The position numbers and the translations under genes were made by a program. From the NCBI RefSeq assembly GCF_963921235.1, contig NC_086108.1:17732001-17796000 (forward strand): a stretch of 64,000 bases of DNA, read 5' to 3'. The notes under the pieces were generated by a model. The model had not been told where the DNA came from. It was given only the letters and a program-made list of their open reading frames with translations, and did no database searches. Position 1 is the first letter of the stretch; each line of letters starts with the position of its first letter. The stretch comes from Mobula hypostoma. Lineage: Eukaryota. Shown piece after piece: positions 62,393 to 64,000 of this stretch.

Positions 62393-63620
62393 GTTGGGTG
62401 GCGGGGTGGAGATACATCTCTACCAAAGGAGGTGTAAGGCACTTCTTCCCTTCGCTAGCCTGCAGGACACCCTTGAGCACTTAATTAGCACACCCACCCC
62501 CCACCACCAATCAGGCTCATGTGAAGCCATGGGAGCAGGTAGTGGATGGTAGTTCGCCGATGACACGACCGTGGTGGGTCTCATCAGCAAGAACAATGAG
62601 TCAGCATACAGAGAGGAGGTGCAGTGGCTAATGGACTGGTGCAGAGCCAACAATCTGTCTCTGAATGTGAACAAAGCAAAAGAGATGGTTGTTGACTTCA
62701 GGAGGACATGGAGAGACCACTCTCTGCTGAACATCGACGACTCCTCCGTAGCGATCATTAATTTCTTGGTGTTCACCTGGCTGAGAATCTCACCTGGTCC
62801 CTCAACACCAGCTCCATATCAAAGAAAGCCCAGCAGTGTCTCTACTTTCTGCGAAGGCTGAGAAAAGTCCATCTCCCACCCCCCATCCTCACCACATTCT
62901 ACAGAGGTTGTATTGAGAGCATCCTGAGCAGCTGCATCACTGCCTGGTTTGGAAATTGCACCATCTTGGATCGCAAGACCCTGCATGGATAGTGAGGTCA
63001 GCTGAGAAGATCATCAGGGTCTCTCTTCCTGCCATTACAGATATTTACACCACACACTGCATCCATAAAGTAAACAGCATTGTGAAGGACCCCACGCATC
63101 CCTCATTCAAACTCTTCTCCCTCCTGCCATCTGGCAAAAGGCACCGAAGCATTCGGGCTCTCACGACCAAACTAAGTAACAGTTTCTTCCCTTAAGCCAT
63201 TAGACTCCTCAATACCCAGAGCCTGGACTGACACCAACCTACTGCCCTCTACTGTGCCTATTTATTTTTTGTAATGCCTGCAATGTTTTGTGCACTTTAT
63301 GCAGTCCTCGGTAGGTCTGTAGTGTACTTTTTGCATTATTTTTACATAATTCAGTGTAGTTTTTGTATTGTTTCACATAGCACCATGATCCTGAAAAACT
63401 TTGTTGGTACATATCACAATTTCTGGTTCTGCAACCAATGACTCCAGGCAGACAATTTCTGAAGAGTATTGATAATGGCTGGGGTCACCCATCTTGTAAG
63501 GACAGTGCCCAGAAGAAGGCAATGGCAAACTTCCGTAGAAAAATTTGCCAAAAACAATCATGGTCATGAGACCATGATTGCCTGTGTTTTACAACATGCC
63601 ACATAATGATGGTGATGATT
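62393..63620 (+). mobile_element. RTE-related SINE-like element (62393-62551 plus 63405-63620) split by Rex1
   Basis: 3' part has GAAGGCAATGGCAAAC...AAATTTGCC typical of RTE-mobilised SINEs; (ATG)n tail. Confidence 0.55.
62552..63400 (+). mobile_element. Rex1/Babar LINE 3' part
   Basis: FADDTTVVGLI, YREEVQ.L..WC..NNLSLNV.K.KEMVVDFRR, KAQQ.LYFLRRL, FSLLPSGKR. Confidence 0.9.
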
Positions 63621-63871
63621 TTATGTATAGTTTGAATTATATGTGTTATCTAAACCTTCATACTTATGGCATTGCTGAAGCAAGATTTTCATTGTATCTG
63701 TAGCTCACCTTTCTTGTGCACATGACAATAAATGCAATTTAAAGACCTAAAATCTCAATGTTAAAGAGCCTATGTTCAAGTCAACCAAGGGTTAATTGCC
63801 AGAAGGCTTACAAATTCCCCATTCAGAGTTAGAAGAAAATCAGTAATGAAAGACTGACTTCTTTCTTTTGA

Positions 63872-64000
63872 CAATAGAACATAGAATAGTACAGCACAGT
63901 ACAGGCCCTTTGGCCCACAATGTTGTGCTGACCCTTAAACCCTGCCTCCCATATAACACCCCACCGTAAATTCCTCCATATACCTGTCTAGTCTCTTAAA
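63872..64000 (-). mobile_element. CR1 3' end running off the window
   Basis: CATAGAATAGTACAGCACAGTACAGGCCCTT, the reverse complement of a CR1 tail. Confidence 0.75.

Overview
Eukaryotic (vertebrate) repeat-dominated DNA; no host protein-coding gene could be recognised. Almost the whole window is a nested stack of retroelements: CR1-clade LINEs of several families (including young HER1-like copies with (TTTCTATG)n tails, which suggests an elasmobranch host; inference), RTE, Rex1/Babar, I/Nimb (with RNase H), Tx1, R4/Dong-like and Vingi-like LINEs, Penelope-like elements (PLEs), one decayed Gypsy provirus, three solo LTRs and several tRNA-derived SINEs. Most ORFs in the supplied track are retroelement fragments or their antisense shadows. 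The most notable structure is a 217-bp, TSD-flanked Penelope hairpin at 19244-19460. One arm ends within 1 nt of the predicted self-cleavage site of a minimal hammerhead ribozyme, and the loop carries TTAGGGTTAGGGTTAG in the polarity expected for telomerase addition, followed by an intact hammerhead core. Seven hammerhead copies (one partial) in different states of decay are visible. Family names come from motif recognition, not database searches; boundaries without a TSD are approximate.
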